Source: Okamejei kenojei (taxonomy: Eukaryota). From it: 64,000 nucleotides of DNA. Positions 50,870 to 63,157 of this stretch are shown in pieces; position 1 is the stretch's first letter; every line of letters starts with the position of its first letter. Both the position numbers and the translations under genes were made by a program. Below the pieces are notes generated by a model. The model was not told the DNA's origin. It was given only the letters and a program-made list of their open reading frames with translations, and did no database searches. Location: contig CM069131.1 in NCBI GenBank assembly GCA_035221665.1, forward strand, positions 92,070,001 through 92,134,000, written 5' to 3'.

Positions 50870-51925
50870 ACACAAAACACAAAATGCTGGAGAAATTCAA
50901 CGGGCCGTGCAACAAATGAGTAGGCAATCAACAGGTGATGTTTGTAGTCGGGATCCTTTTCCAGACTGATTGTAGTAGGGCAGAGAAAGTGGGAAAAGAG
51001 AGTTGGGGATGGGACAAAGCTTGGAAAGCAAAAGTTGGTTACAGGTAAGTGGTTGGACTAAAAGCAGGTTTTGAAGAAGGGGCAAAAGGGTGCCAGCTAA
51101 GCAGATAGAAAAGTTAAATGTTAAACCAGAGGAAAGGGCGTAGATGGAAGGGAACAAGGGGGAGGGGAAAGATGGGATTTAAAATGAAATTAGGGTCCCG
51201 GGGACGAAATGAATGTACAACAGATGACTGGGGGAGAGGAAGCTTGTGGGAGAAATGGATGCTTGCTGGGGTGGTGGGGGTGGCTGGGCACAACAGGAAA
51301 GTGGGAGGGGATGGGGGTGTATTACTAGAAATTGGAGAATTCGCTATTCATGTAATTGAGTGGTAAGCTACCCACGTGGAATACAAGGCACTGCTTCTCC
51401 AATTTGCGTGTGGCCTCGCTATAGTTAGAAAGGTCAGTACGCAAACAGGAAAGGGAGTTAAAATTATCTGTAACTGGGAGATCTAGCATGCCTTCGTAGA
51501 CAGAGTGCAAGTGATTGGCAATACTGTTGCCTCGTCTACACTTCATCTTGCAAATGTAAAGGAGGCCTTACCTCTTGTACCGCGGTAAATGTGACAATAA
51601 ACTAAACTGAACTGCAAGGATGCCATCCCTTACTCTCAATATCACCATCTCCAAATGCATCTGCTGCTAAGATGGCTTTTCCATCTGGGGCATCTGAGAT
51701 GTCCTTTCTCTTCAGTAAACATGGTTACCCTCCTGCTGTTGCAGTCGGATCCATTGCCCATGTTTTTTCTGTGTCTCACAGTTCTGCTCTTACTCCCCTC
51801 CCCCCAGATGGAACAAGGATAGAATTCCTTTGGTCCTCGTCTCTCACCCCACCAGGCTCCATATCAAGCACATTATTATCCAACATTTCCGTCATCTTCA
51901 ATGTGATACAATCACCAGTGCCATT
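50870..51925 (-). mobile_element. Penelope-like element: 3' end and endonuclease C-terminus on minus, inverted ORF piece on plus (about 51610-51925)
   Basis: DLPVTDNFNS..RKLEKQCLVFHVGSLPLNYMNSEFSNF (GIY-YIG C-terminus-like); plus-strand AIPYSQ and SEMSFLFSKHGYP; decayed hammerhead near 50935-50970. Confidence 0.75.
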
Positions 51926-52338
51926 CACACTAAGGAAATGATACACGACAATGCTGAGAATTATATTCTGCACTCTGTATCTTCCCCTTTTCACTCTCAA
52001 TTGTACTTGAGTTTGAACTGGTTGTGTCATGCATGGTGTATCTCATCTGTTTGGATAGTGTGCAAAACAAAGGTTTTCACTGTAACTAGGAACATGACAA
52101 CAATAAACCTCATAATAATCCTAAACCCGCTGAGATCCTCTAGCACTTTGTGTTTTGCTCAGAGAGGAATGTGATTGTTTCTTTACTACTTTTGTTGAAG
52201 TAGAAGCAAAGTTACTTGTGGCACCAGAAGCAGCAAACTGGTGAGTATCAACCAAATGGGTATTTTCTACCTCTCAGGAACATTCGATTACAATAAGTAG
52301 GGTTTTAAGTAGACGAAGGTTCTGAGCACAACTAGTAC

Positions 52339-52857
52339 TTACTTACTTACTTACTGCCTATTATGCCTCCTGCCATGTAGGGCAGCAAGATAGGTCCTCC
52401 ACTCCTGTCTGTTCTGGGCTAGCTTCTGGACACTACCCCAGGTCAGGCCCATTGCTTTCATTTCCTCTTCAACAGTTCGACGCCAGGTGGTTTTGGGTCT
52501 CCCTCTTTTCCTTTTCCCTTCCGGTGTCCAGTGCAGGGCTATTCTTGGGATGCTGTCTGGTTCTCTTACATTCATCCTAGCATCTGTCGATAGCCCTGGA
52601 AGTCCATCATGCCCAGTAGTGTTGATTCCTTCAGTTGCTGTTTCCGTAATATTTGTTTTACGAGACAGTGTTCTTAGCCCTGTGCTCAACCTCCAACCTG
52701 GAGGACCAGTGGATTGCACTTTGTCTCGCCTTTACCCTTCGACCTGTCCAGCATGGGAGACCATAACAGGAGACAAATCTCCCACTGGCATAGCTCTAGG
52801 GGTCACTGAGACACACAAGCTCCCCGACCACGACAAGGTTGCAATGCAACGGGGAGA
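52339..52857 (-). mobile_element. Internally deleted (bipartite) RTE retrotransposon with 12-bp TSD
   Basis: TSD CACAACTAGTAC at 52327-38 and 52858-69; (GTAA)n tail; PRIALHWTPEGKRKRGRPKTTWRR C-terminus; RTE-type 5' UTR (CCTTGTCGTGG, GAGCTATG, GACAAAG, TCCACTGG). Confidence 0.88.
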
Positions 52858-53676
52858 CACAACTAGTACGCTCAGTTAAAGTGGAGTAACTAGGTGTCGA
52901 GGCCAAGGTTGTGGATGGAGAACTTGGACCTTTGGATTGCTCCTCCTGCAAATGTGGGAAAATGTGGAGAATTCCAGTGTTCCTGGCATGCAGGATTTGT
53001 GTCCACCTGAAACTGAAGCCTTATTCCAGATGTGGTCCCACCAACAGTTGAAATAAGGCTCCCCATAATACACTCCATGCTCTCTGCAATCAAGGTCAAC
53101 ATCCCATTTGCCTTTAGTTACTTGTTATACGGTTGCAAAAGGAAACAAATAAATAAAATACAAATGGAAAATAGAATAGATTCAGTGAACCATGGGACCA
53201 CAAAAACAGTGATATCGCCACTCGTAACAGTGCAGCCTCCAGCTAAACATTTACATTACCCGGTGTGAATTTTCCCTCATTTACATCTTGCTACAATTTT
53301 CTAGTGTATCCTTATAGAATACTTAATTTTCACTGCACATATTATTATCTTCTAATAATGTAAAATAATTTCATTTTGCTATTCAGGGTAGGAGGCAAAT
53401 GGAACAATTTTAATTCATTTTAGTACTATAGTTTGTGGAGGAGAGTGTAAGGATTTTCTAGGTGAAATTTGTTAAGGTTAAATTATCGCCTAATGTTTAG
53501 TTTGCCTTGGTATATAACACAAATAAATGTTGTACCTGGGAATTACGATCTAGCATAAAGCACTGTTGTCTTCACCAGTTGCTTGTTTGCTGAACAATAC
53601 ATCAGAGAAAAGAGAAAAGACCCTCAACGGTGTGCATCAGAATTGAATAGAAATTGATTTCACTTCAGGAATCATT

Positions 53677-54049
53677 TAGAAACATAGAAATTAGGTGCAG
53701 GAGCTGGCCATTCGGCCCTTCGAGCCTGCACCGCCATTCAATATGATCATGGCTGATCATCCAACTCAGTATCCTGTATCTGCCTTCTCTCCATACCCCC
53801 TGATCCCTTCAGCCACAAGGGCCACATCCAACTCCCTCTTAAATATGGCCAACGAACTGGCCTCAACTACCTTCTGTGGCAGAGAATTCCACAGATTCAC
53901 CACTCTCTGTGTGAAAAATGATTTTCTCATCTCGGTCTCAAAAGACTCCCCCCTTATCCTTAAACTGCGACCCCTTGTCCTGGACTTCACCAACATCGGG
54001 AACAATCTTCCTGCATCTAGCCTTTCCAACCCCTTAAGAATTTTGTAAG
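53677..54049 (-). mobile_element. CR1 3' end
   Basis: YKILKGLERLDAGRLFP..FFTQRVVNLWNSLP; (CATAGAAA) tail. Confidence 0.9.
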
Positions 54050-54051
54050 TA

Positions 54052-55667
54052 CAATGGCTTGCAAAAGTATTCATACCTCTTGAACTTTTCCACATTTTGT
54101 CACGTTACAACCACAAACGTAAATGTATTTTATTGGGATTTTATGTGATAGACCAACACAAAGTGGTGCATAATTCTGAAGTGGAAGGAAAATGATACAT
54201 GGTTTTCAAATTTTATTACAAATAAAAAATTGAACAGTGTGGTGTGCAAAAGTATTCAGCCCCCCTGAGACAATATTTTGTAGAACCACCTTTTGCTGCA
54301 ATTACAGCTGCAAGTCTTTTGGGGTGTGTCTCTACCAGCTTTGCACATCTAGCGACTGAAATTTATGCCCATTCTTCTTTGCAAAATGGCTCAAGCTCAG
54401 TCAGAGCGTCTGTGAACAGCAATTTTCAAGTCTTGCCAGAGATTCTCAATTGGATTTAGGTCTGGACTTTGACTGGGCCATTCTAACACATGAATATGCT
54501 TTGATCTAAACTATTCAATTGTAGCTCTGGCTGTATGTTTAGGGTCGTTGTCCTGCTTGAAGGTGAACCTCTGCCCCAGCCTCAAGTCTTTTGCAGACTC
54601 TAACAGGTTTTCTTCCAAGATTGCCCTGTTTTTGGCTCCATCCATCTTCCCATCAACTCTGATCAGCTTCCCTGTCCCTGCTGAAGAAAAGCATCCCCAC
54701 AGCATGATGCTGCCACCACCATGTTTCACAGTGGGGATGGTGTGTTCAGGGTGATGTGCAGTGTTAGTTTTCCGCCACACATAGCGTTTTGCATTTAGGC
54801 CAAAAACTTCAATTTATGTCTCATCAGACCAGAGCACCTTCCTCCACATGTTTGCTGTGCCCCCCACATGGCTTGTGGCAAACTGCAAACGGGACTTCTT
54901 ATGGCTTTGTTTCAACAATGGCTTTCTTCTTGCCACTCTTCCATAAAAGCCCGATTTGTGGAGTGTACGACTAATAGTTGTCCTGTGGACAGATTCTCCC
55001 ACCTGAGCTGTGGATCTCTGCAGCTTCTCCAGAGTTGCTATCGGCCTCTTGGCTGCTTCTCTGATCAATGCTCTCCTTGCCCGGCCTGTCAGTTTAGGTG
55101 GACGGCCATGTCTTGGCAGGTTTGCAGTTGTGCCATACTCTTTCCATTTTTGGATAATGGATTCAACAGTGCTCCGTGAGATGTTCAAAGCTTGGGATAT
55201 TTTTTCTAACCTAACCCTGCTTTAAACTTCTCCACAACTTTATCCCTGAACTATCTGGTGTGTTCCTTGGGCTTCACGATGCCCAAGGAACATTGTTTTG
55301 TCACTAATGTTCTCTAACAAAACTCTAAGACCGTCACAGAACAGCTGTATTTATACTGAGATTAGATTACACATAAGTGGATTCTATTTACTAATTAGGT
55401 AACCTCTGAAGGCAATTGGTTGCACTGGATTTTATTTAGGGGTATCAGAATAAAGGGGGCTGAATACCTTTGCACACCACACTTTTCAGTTTTTTATTTA
55501 AAAAAAAAATTAAAAACCATGTATCATTTTCCTTCCACTTCACAATTATGCGCCACTTTGTGTTGGTCTATCACATAAAATCCCAATAAAATACATTTAC
55601 GTTTGTGGTTGTAATGTGACAAAATGTGGAAAAGTTGAAGGGGTATGAATACTTTTGCAAGCCACTG
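54052..55667 (-). mobile_element. Tc1/mariner DNA transposon, full length, defective transposase
   Basis: TA TSD; ~215-bp TIRs starting CARTGGCTTGCAAAAGTATTCATAC; GRPPKL, WSDET, KHGGGSIMLWGCF, QDNDPKHT and SPDLNPIE motifs. Confidence 0.95.
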
Positions 55668-56039
55668 TAGTTGCTGCTTCTGAGGAATTAAACAGCCTGG
55701 CTTTTATTCAAATTTTAAATGAAGCTGAATAGGATTTGGTAAGTTTGAAACATTTTATGTTGAATGAAGATAGGATCAAAACATAATTTCCACACCGTTT
55801 TCCGCTCCTGTGCTAAAGCTATTTGTTGCACGCTAATATAATGACCCAGAAATTTTAACAAATATTTCACTTCTGAATAAAAAACTGTTAATTACATTGA
55901 ACATTTGGCAGTCTTGTACTATTTGGAACATAGAACATAGAACATATCTTTGGCCCGCAATGTTTGAACAGAACATGATGCAAAGTTAAACTGATCTCAT
56001 CTGCCTGTGCACGATCCATAACACTCAATTCACTGCACT

Positions 56040-56235
56040 TCCAGTGCTGGAGTAACTCAGTGTCTCTGAGAACATGGATAGGTGTCCTTTCCAGTTGGGA
56101 CCCTTCTTCAGCCTCTAGAAGGGTCCTGAATTGAAATGTCACCTATCCATGTTCTCCACAGATGTTGCCTGACTTGTTGAGTTACTCCAGCAGTCAGCGT
56201 CTTTATTTGTAAACCAGCATCTACAGTTCCTTGTT
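56040..56235. mobile_element. Palindromic Penelope-derived repeat
   Basis: GAGAACATGGATAGGTG / CACCTATCCATGTTCTC arms; back-to-back decayed hammerhead cores. Confidence 0.7.
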
Positions 56236-57199
56236 TTTAGAGAAGTTAAAATGGTTATCAACTGGGTACTAATAAAGTAATTTTGTGAACAGACATTGTT
56301 TGTCAAAATATTGTCAAAAATGTACTGTAAAACCGACAAAACATGAAAATCTTAGCTGTAAATTTCTGTATGTTTCAGCCTATTACATTTTCTCTTCCTT
56401 GCTGCAATTTTTTAACTAATTATTTCTCAAATATATCCCATTCTGCTTTCCTGGCGTTCTTCCTGATACCATTCCAAAAACTGAAATTATTAAATTATTG
56501 GACTATTATCCTAAACAAGGCAGTTAATGCCATGAAAGACCCACCCCATCCTGGCTATCCTCTCTTCTTGCTGCTACATCGATAAGAAGGCTGGGAACCA
56601 ATACCTTCAGGTTCAAGAACAATTTCTTCTCACCAACCATCAGGGTCTCAAACCACTCTCCACAACCCTACCTCAGTACTGAACCACTACAGACTTTGCA
56701 CCACTATGTTTGCTCTTGATACATTGGTTTGTGCACTATCACGGTCCAATTAGAATAACTTAATTTGTTGTGCGTTTATTATTGTCGTTGTTTCTAATGT
56801 ACCTTGAAGCTGCAGCAAGTAATAATTTAATTGTTCCAGTTCATGTCCGGTTCATATGACAAATGAACTCTCTTGACAAATGACTTGGAAAAGAGATCTG
56901 AAAATGCTCAAGCATTGAATGTTGCAGCAAAGGAACTTAAAACAACCATATTACTATGGAAATTAGCTTTGTCGTCTAAAGCACACTCAGTGACAATGGC
57001 CCATCAGAGAGTTTCACATATCTTATTTGTGGAATATGTTCAAATTCTGGCAGAATACTTCCAGCAATAGCCACTTGAGGTGACAGAGAGCTACATATTC
57101 AACGCTCACAACCAAACACTGAGAAACAGTGAAAGACTGTCAAGGTATTGTATCTTTGGACATTGTTTTTAATGTTGTACACTCATTGCACTCAGATAT

Positions 57200-57662
57200 A
57201 TGTTGTCTGGGATCTCTCCAACCTCGGCCTGCGGACTTACCATCAAGAGCTTGCAGTCTCTGGAGAGGCCGAGTTGGGAAGCTCCAACGGCGCGGAGGCT
57301 CGACCAGCCCCGACCCGTTGTCTGATTGCCGGTGCAGGGGAGCTGATGTCCCCCCGATGCAGGAGCTTGATTGCCCTGATGCGGAGGTCCCACAGCTGGC
57401 TACGGGAGTCAAAATCATCCCATCAATGGATGGCTCGAGCCCCTTGACTTGAACAAAGAAGGGAAAAGATTAGAACTTTTTTTCACCTTCCATCACAGTG
57501 AGGAATGTGGAGGAGTCACTGTGGTGGATGTTTATGTTAAAATGTATTTTGTGTGTTCCGTTGCTTTTTATTGTATGACTGACTTCGCAAATGAAATTCC
57601 TCGTATGTTGCAAAACATACTTGGCTAATAAAGTATTATTGTGATTGTGATTGTGGTTGTGA
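57200..57662 (+). mobile_element. Unclassified GC-rich non-autonomous retroposon
   Basis: GGACTTACCATC motif, terminal hairpins, AATAAA and (TTGTGA)n tail. Confidence 0.55.
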
Positions 57663-57729
57663 TTTAAGAGTTGAAACAATACAGTCAAGGCTGTTAGGGA
57701 CAAAGTGCTTTACATTTGATTTAGTGTCA

Positions 57730-57930
57730 CATGACTGCAGATGTTAGAATCTTGAGAAAGACACAGAGTGATGGAGAAACAGCAGGTCAGGCAGAGAGAA
57801 TAGATAGGTGACGTTTTGAGTCGGGACCCTCCTTCAGATTCTGGGACCCTTCAGTTAGCAGAAATGTTGTCTGTCCATTTTTCTCCACAGATGCTGGCTG
57901 ACCTGCTGAATTCTTCCAGCACTTTGTTTT
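57730..57930. mobile_element. Palindromic Penelope-derived repeat
   Basis: CAGCAGGTCAG / CTGACCTGCTG arms; antisense core GACGTTTTGAGTCGGGACCCTCCTTCAG. Confidence 0.65.
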
Positions 57931-57969
57931 TAGAGTGGTTTTGGTGTGTAGGGTTGTGACACCGTCATC

Positions 57970-58755
57970 GGGTGGTGCCGCGAGTGGCAGCCTCGCCAGC
58001 AGCCCCCCTGTCTTTTCAACTTTTTTTGTTAATTTTAATGGGTCTAAATGTATGATTTAATGTTTCTCGGTATGTTTTATGGGTGGTGTAGGGGGGAATA
58101 GGGGGAAACCGTTTTCAGGCACTTACCTCGACGGAGATGAAACTTTTTTCCATGTCACATTTTTGCCCCCCTCTAGGCCTAACAATTAGTTTGGTGCGGC
58201 CTTTCCAGACCAGCCTTGAGCTTCAGCAGCAGGCGTGGCGCGGTGCGGACTTACCATCACGGAGCCTGGGATCCTTTGCCGAGGGTCGCCAGTGTTGGAG
58301 CGTCCTTCGGAGCTTCTAGTCGTGGGTGCGCTGCAGACTTACCATCGTGGAGCCTGGGATCCCTTGTCGGGATAGCCAGAAGAAGTGCGCCGACCGCTGG
58401 CCCGTGGTTGTTAACACCGTGAAGCCGCGGTTTCCGGTAAGAAGTGGCCGATTCAGGAACTCCAAGCCGTGGAGTGTGTTCTGATCCGTCCCAATGTCGG
58501 AGTTTAGAACATCCCGACTAGAGGGCTTGTACATCGGGCTGTCCATAGCGGCAACTGCGAAGGGTTCAAAGCCCCGACCACAGATGAACAAAGGAGGAAG
58601 ATTGACCAAACTCTATGATGGTTCCACTTTGATGGATGATTATGTTAAACTCTATCGTGTGTTGTGTTCTTTTTTCTTGTACGGCTGTATGGTAACTCAA
58701 ATATCACTGTGTCACATTAATTGGTGCATGTGACAATAAATGTGAACTTGAACTT
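57970..58755 (+). mobile_element. Unclassified GC-rich retroposon with Rex1-like tail
   Basis: Internal ~90-bp repeat GACTTACCATC..GGAGCCTGGGATCC; GTGACAATAAA + (GAACTT) tail. Confidence 0.55.
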
Positions 58756-59329
58756 AATGGCAGCTAAGTACACCAGGGAACTTTGTCTCCTGAGTCAGCC
58801 ACAAATGTACAGCTAGCCTTTCATCGAAGAACTGCTCAAAGCTTCCTCCAACAACAGCAATAACATCAGACAAGTGAAAGTGGCATGAATCATAGTATCA
58901 TTAGCCATTCTCCATCCACTGTTCTTCAAGTTTAAATGGTAATAATGTCAGCAGAGAGGATGATCAATTTTACAAGTCAACAACAGACAAGAATGTAAGT
59001 TTCTTTGAAGCACAAAAAGAGCATCCACAAAATATTACGACCACTGGAGATGAGCTGAATGTACTTAGTTCAGTATCTATACATCAACTGATGGGATTGC
59101 AAGATGACAGTCCTGACTGACACAGTTACTAAAAATTCAGCAACAGTCTCTTACATTGTGGAGAGAAACATATGACAAACAGTACTTTTAGGAAGGAATG
59201 AGGTTGGTCTCAAGTATTATTCAGAACTACTTTTAAAAGTCGGAGAAGATGCAATAGATAGACTACACTGGGCAGCCGACAATAATAGGTCAGGATTGAT
59301 TAGCAGGATGAAAATTAATGGATAGAGGT

Positions 59330-60770
59330 TTTAGAGATACAGCATGGAAACAACCCCTTTGGCCCACTGAGTCTTTGGAGACCATCAATCACCCCCTTCA
59401 CACCCCTTCCTGTGTTTTCCCACTTTATCATCCACTCCTTACGCACAAAGGGCAATTTACAGAAGCCTATTAACCTACAAACCCGCACGTCTTTGGGATG
59501 CTGGAGGAAACCACTTCACCCGGTGGAAACCCGTGCAATCACATGGAGAATATGCAAACTCCACATGGACAGGACCCGAGGTCATGATCGAACCAGGATC
59601 TCTGGTGTTTTGATGCAGCAGCTCTACTACCACACCACTGTGCCATGCTTACTTTTCAGCCTGATTGTGGCCACATTAATGCATGAATTGTTAGATATTG
59701 ACTGGAAATGTCAATTTTTTCTTTGCAAATTGTCTGCGATGAATTCACTGCAGCAGTCAGTCTAATTCTTCAGTAACTTTAGTAAGGTGTAATACTTTGA
59801 GAGAATGGTGCCATCTGGAGAAATGGCCATATGTTGCCCTGCAGACATTCTGTAATCATTTTATTAAATGATTATCAACTAATGCAAGCTGTTCAAAACA
59901 AGAACGATAAGGGGTGGCAGTTGTGCTACAGTCCAGAACAACAGTCCTGAAACATTACTGTGACACAGTGGTAGAGCAGCTGCCTCACAATGCCAGAGGC
60001 CCAAGTTCAATCCTAACTCTGGGTGCTGTCTGTGTGGAGTTTGTATTGTCTTCCTGTGTCCGTGTGCATTTTTTCCAGGTTCACCGGTTTCCTCCCACAT
60101 TCCACAGACATGTAAGTTTGTGGGTTAATTGGCTTCTGTAAATTCCCCTTAGTGCATAGGATACGCAAATGGGATAACATGAAACTAGTGAACCAGTAAT
60201 GACCTGTTGGCATGAACCTGGTCGTCTGAATGGGCTGTTTCCAGGCTGTATCTCTTAAAACTAAACAAAAACTTTATAAATTCAACTGTCTCTTTCCGAC
60301 GACATATTGAGTTCCTCCAGTTGTTTGTTCAGACCATCTGGTAGAGGTACTGCCTCACCGCACGATGACCCAGGTTCAATGCTGACCTCCAGTGCTGTCT
60401 CTATGGAGTTTATACAATCCATTTGTGACTGTCTGTTTTATCCGGATGCTCCAGTTTCCTCCAATATCCTGAAAACATGTCAGCTGGTAGGTTAATGTAA
60501 ATTTGCACTGGTGCGCTAGTGAACAGTAGAATCTGAGAGCAGGTGGAATGTGACATGAATAAAGTGGGAATGCGGTAAGATTCATGTAAATGCATTTGCA
60601 AGGGCACTGTGGGCTGATGGGCCTGTTTGCATGTGGTAAGATTCTACTGCCGCCTCAATTGCCAGAGACCTAGGTTCAATCCTGAATATGGGTGCTGTAT
60701 ATATGTGGTTTGCATGTTCTCCCTGTGTTTACTCTGGGTGCTCCACTTATCTCCTACATTTTAAAGACAT
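59330..60770. mobile_element. Cluster of V-SINEs (59330-59645 minus; 59960-60265, 60340-60640 and 60648-60770 plus)
   Basis: Repeated tRNA-head B-box GGTTCAATCC and V-domain. Confidence 0.75.
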
Positions 60771-62112
60771 AAGGTCATAAGGTCATAAGGTCATAAGTGA
60801 CAGGAGTAGATTTAGGCAATTGGGCCCATCAAGTCTACCCCACCATTCAATCATGGCAGATCTATCTTCCCCTCTTAACCCCATTCTCCTGCCTTCTCTC
60901 CATAACCTCTCATACCTGACCTAATCAAGAATCTATTTATCTCTGCCTTAAAAATATCCACAGCCTCCACGGCCTTCTGTGGTAAATAATTCCACAGATT
61001 CACCACCCTCTGACTGAAGACATTTCTCCTCATCTCCTTTTTAACAGAACATCCTTTAATTCTGAGGTTATGTCCTCTAGTCCTAGACTCTCTCACTTGT
61101 GAAAACATCCTCTCCACATCCACTCTAGCTTTTTGCTATTCTGTATGTTTCAATGAGGTCCCCCCTCATTCTTCTAAACTCCAGCGAGTGCAGGCCCAAT
61201 GCCGAAAAAACCCTCATCATATGTTAACCTACTCATTCCTGGGATCATTCCTGTAAACCTCCTCTGGACCCTCTCCAGAGCCAGCACATCCTTCCTCAGA
61301 TTTGGTGCCCAAAATTGCTCACAATATTCCAAATTCGACCTTACCAGTGCCTTATAGAGCCTCAATTACAACCCTGTTTTTGTAAACAAACCCTCTTGAA
61401 ATAAATGCTAGTATTGAGTTTGCTTTTTTCTACTACTTGCAGATTAACTTCGACTTGCAGATTAACTTTTTAATCAATAGACAATAGGTGCAGGAGTAGG
61501 CCATTTGGCCCCTCGAGCCAGCACCGCCATTCAATGTGATCATGGCTGATCATCCACAGTCAGTACCCCCACAGACTCACAACGCTCTCTGTGAAAATGT
61601 TTTTCCTCATCTCCATTCTAATTGACTTACCCTTTATTCTTAAACTGTGGCCCCTGGTTCTGGACTCCTCCTACATCGGGAACATGATTCCTGCCTCTAA
61701 CATGTCCAAACCCTTGATAATCTTATATGTTTCAATAAGATCCCCTCTCATTCTTCTAAACTGCATTCTAAACTATTTTTACTATTCTGACCTATTTTTG
61801 GGAATCCTGCACCAGCATTCCCAAGTCCCTTTGCACCTCCGATTTCTGGATTCATTCCCCATTTAGAAAATAGTCTACGCCCTTGTTCCTACTACCAAAT
61901 TGCATGACCACACTTTGCTACACTATATTCCATCTACCACTTCTCTGTCCACTCTCCCAACCTGTCCAAGTCCTGGTTTATCTACACTACCTGCCCTTCC
62001 ACCTATTTTCATATCATCCGCAAACTTGGCCACAAAACTTTCAATCCCCTCGTCCAAATCATTAATATACAACATGAAGAGTAGCGGCCCCAGCACCGAC
62101 CCTTGTGGAACA
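60768..62112 (-). mobile_element. CR1 ORF2 fragment with a nested CR1 3' end (about 61476-61765)
   Basis: [41 protein letters not shown]; (CATAAGGT) tail. Confidence 0.85.
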
Positions 62113-62502
62113 TGCAAGTTTGTTGGTCAATTGGTTTCTGTAAGTTGCCCCTAGTGTGTTGGAATGATAGTGTGTATGGGTGATTGATGGTTAGCATGGA
62201 CTCAGTGGGCCGAAGGGCCTGTTTTCACACTATAACTAAATTAAACTAAACTAAATCTATGATCTATGTAGTCGTTCTAATTGGAAAAGAATTCCAAACA
62301 AGCTAAAAGTTTTGTGCATTTGCCAAATATTGGTAAAGGGTTGCCTGCAGTTCGGCAGTGGTGCAGAGTGATATTTTCTCGGACACCATCACAACCAAGG
62401 AAATGGTCCATGTTTACTAATTCAAAGAGTCCATGTTGATTTTTGTCGAAAGAAGAAAGATAATTTCCTTGTGTTGATTGATTTCACTCAAAATGGTTTG
62501 AA

Positions 62503-62566
62503 ATATATATATGTATATATATATCTATATATATATATATATATATCTATGTATATATATAGATAT
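62503..62566. repeat. (TA)n microsatellite
   Basis: Interrupted TA run. Confidence 0.9.
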
Positions 62567-62962
62567 ACACTTGTACTGCAACAGAATGTAACACTGTATA
62601 GCTGAGAGAGCTGCACATTTGTTACTGGCAGAATTAATAGCCAACAATGGACCAGAGTTCACTTTGAATTGATCCGAGCGTCTTGAGCGAAGTAACAGCA
62701 TCATATATTTTTCAACTGCATCACCTGTTTGCAGTTGGGCTGAAGATGGATCTGTATGGGTATCAAAAGGTGTCTCGAAGAAGCAAGAGTTCCAAGATTA
62801 CTCAAGCTTCAAGATTCACAATGACTCATTAATCGGTTAAATTGCTGTGAAAATGCCATATGACTCCAGACTGGTTAATTCCAGCATAGTTACTAATGTA
62901 TCATCGTGCAATTAAGTTTGGTACAGCCAAATTCAGCTATTGAAACAGAGTTCAATGTATTA

Positions 62963-63093
62963 GTGTAGGAAGGAACTGCAGTTGTTGGTTTAAACCGAAG
63001 ATAGACACAAAAAGTTGGAGTAACTCAGTTGGTGAGGCAGCATCTCTGGAGAAAAGGAATAGGTGACGTTTCAGGTCGAGACCCTTTTTCAGG
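62963..63093 (-). mobile_element. Single arm of a Penelope-derived repeat
   Basis: Antisense core reads CTGAAAAAGGGTCTCGACCTGAAACGTC on the minus strand. Confidence 0.7.
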
Positions 63094-63157
63094 TTGTACA
63101 TACTACTATTAGTAATATGTATATTAGTAATTAGTATACTAGTAACACATACTGTAT

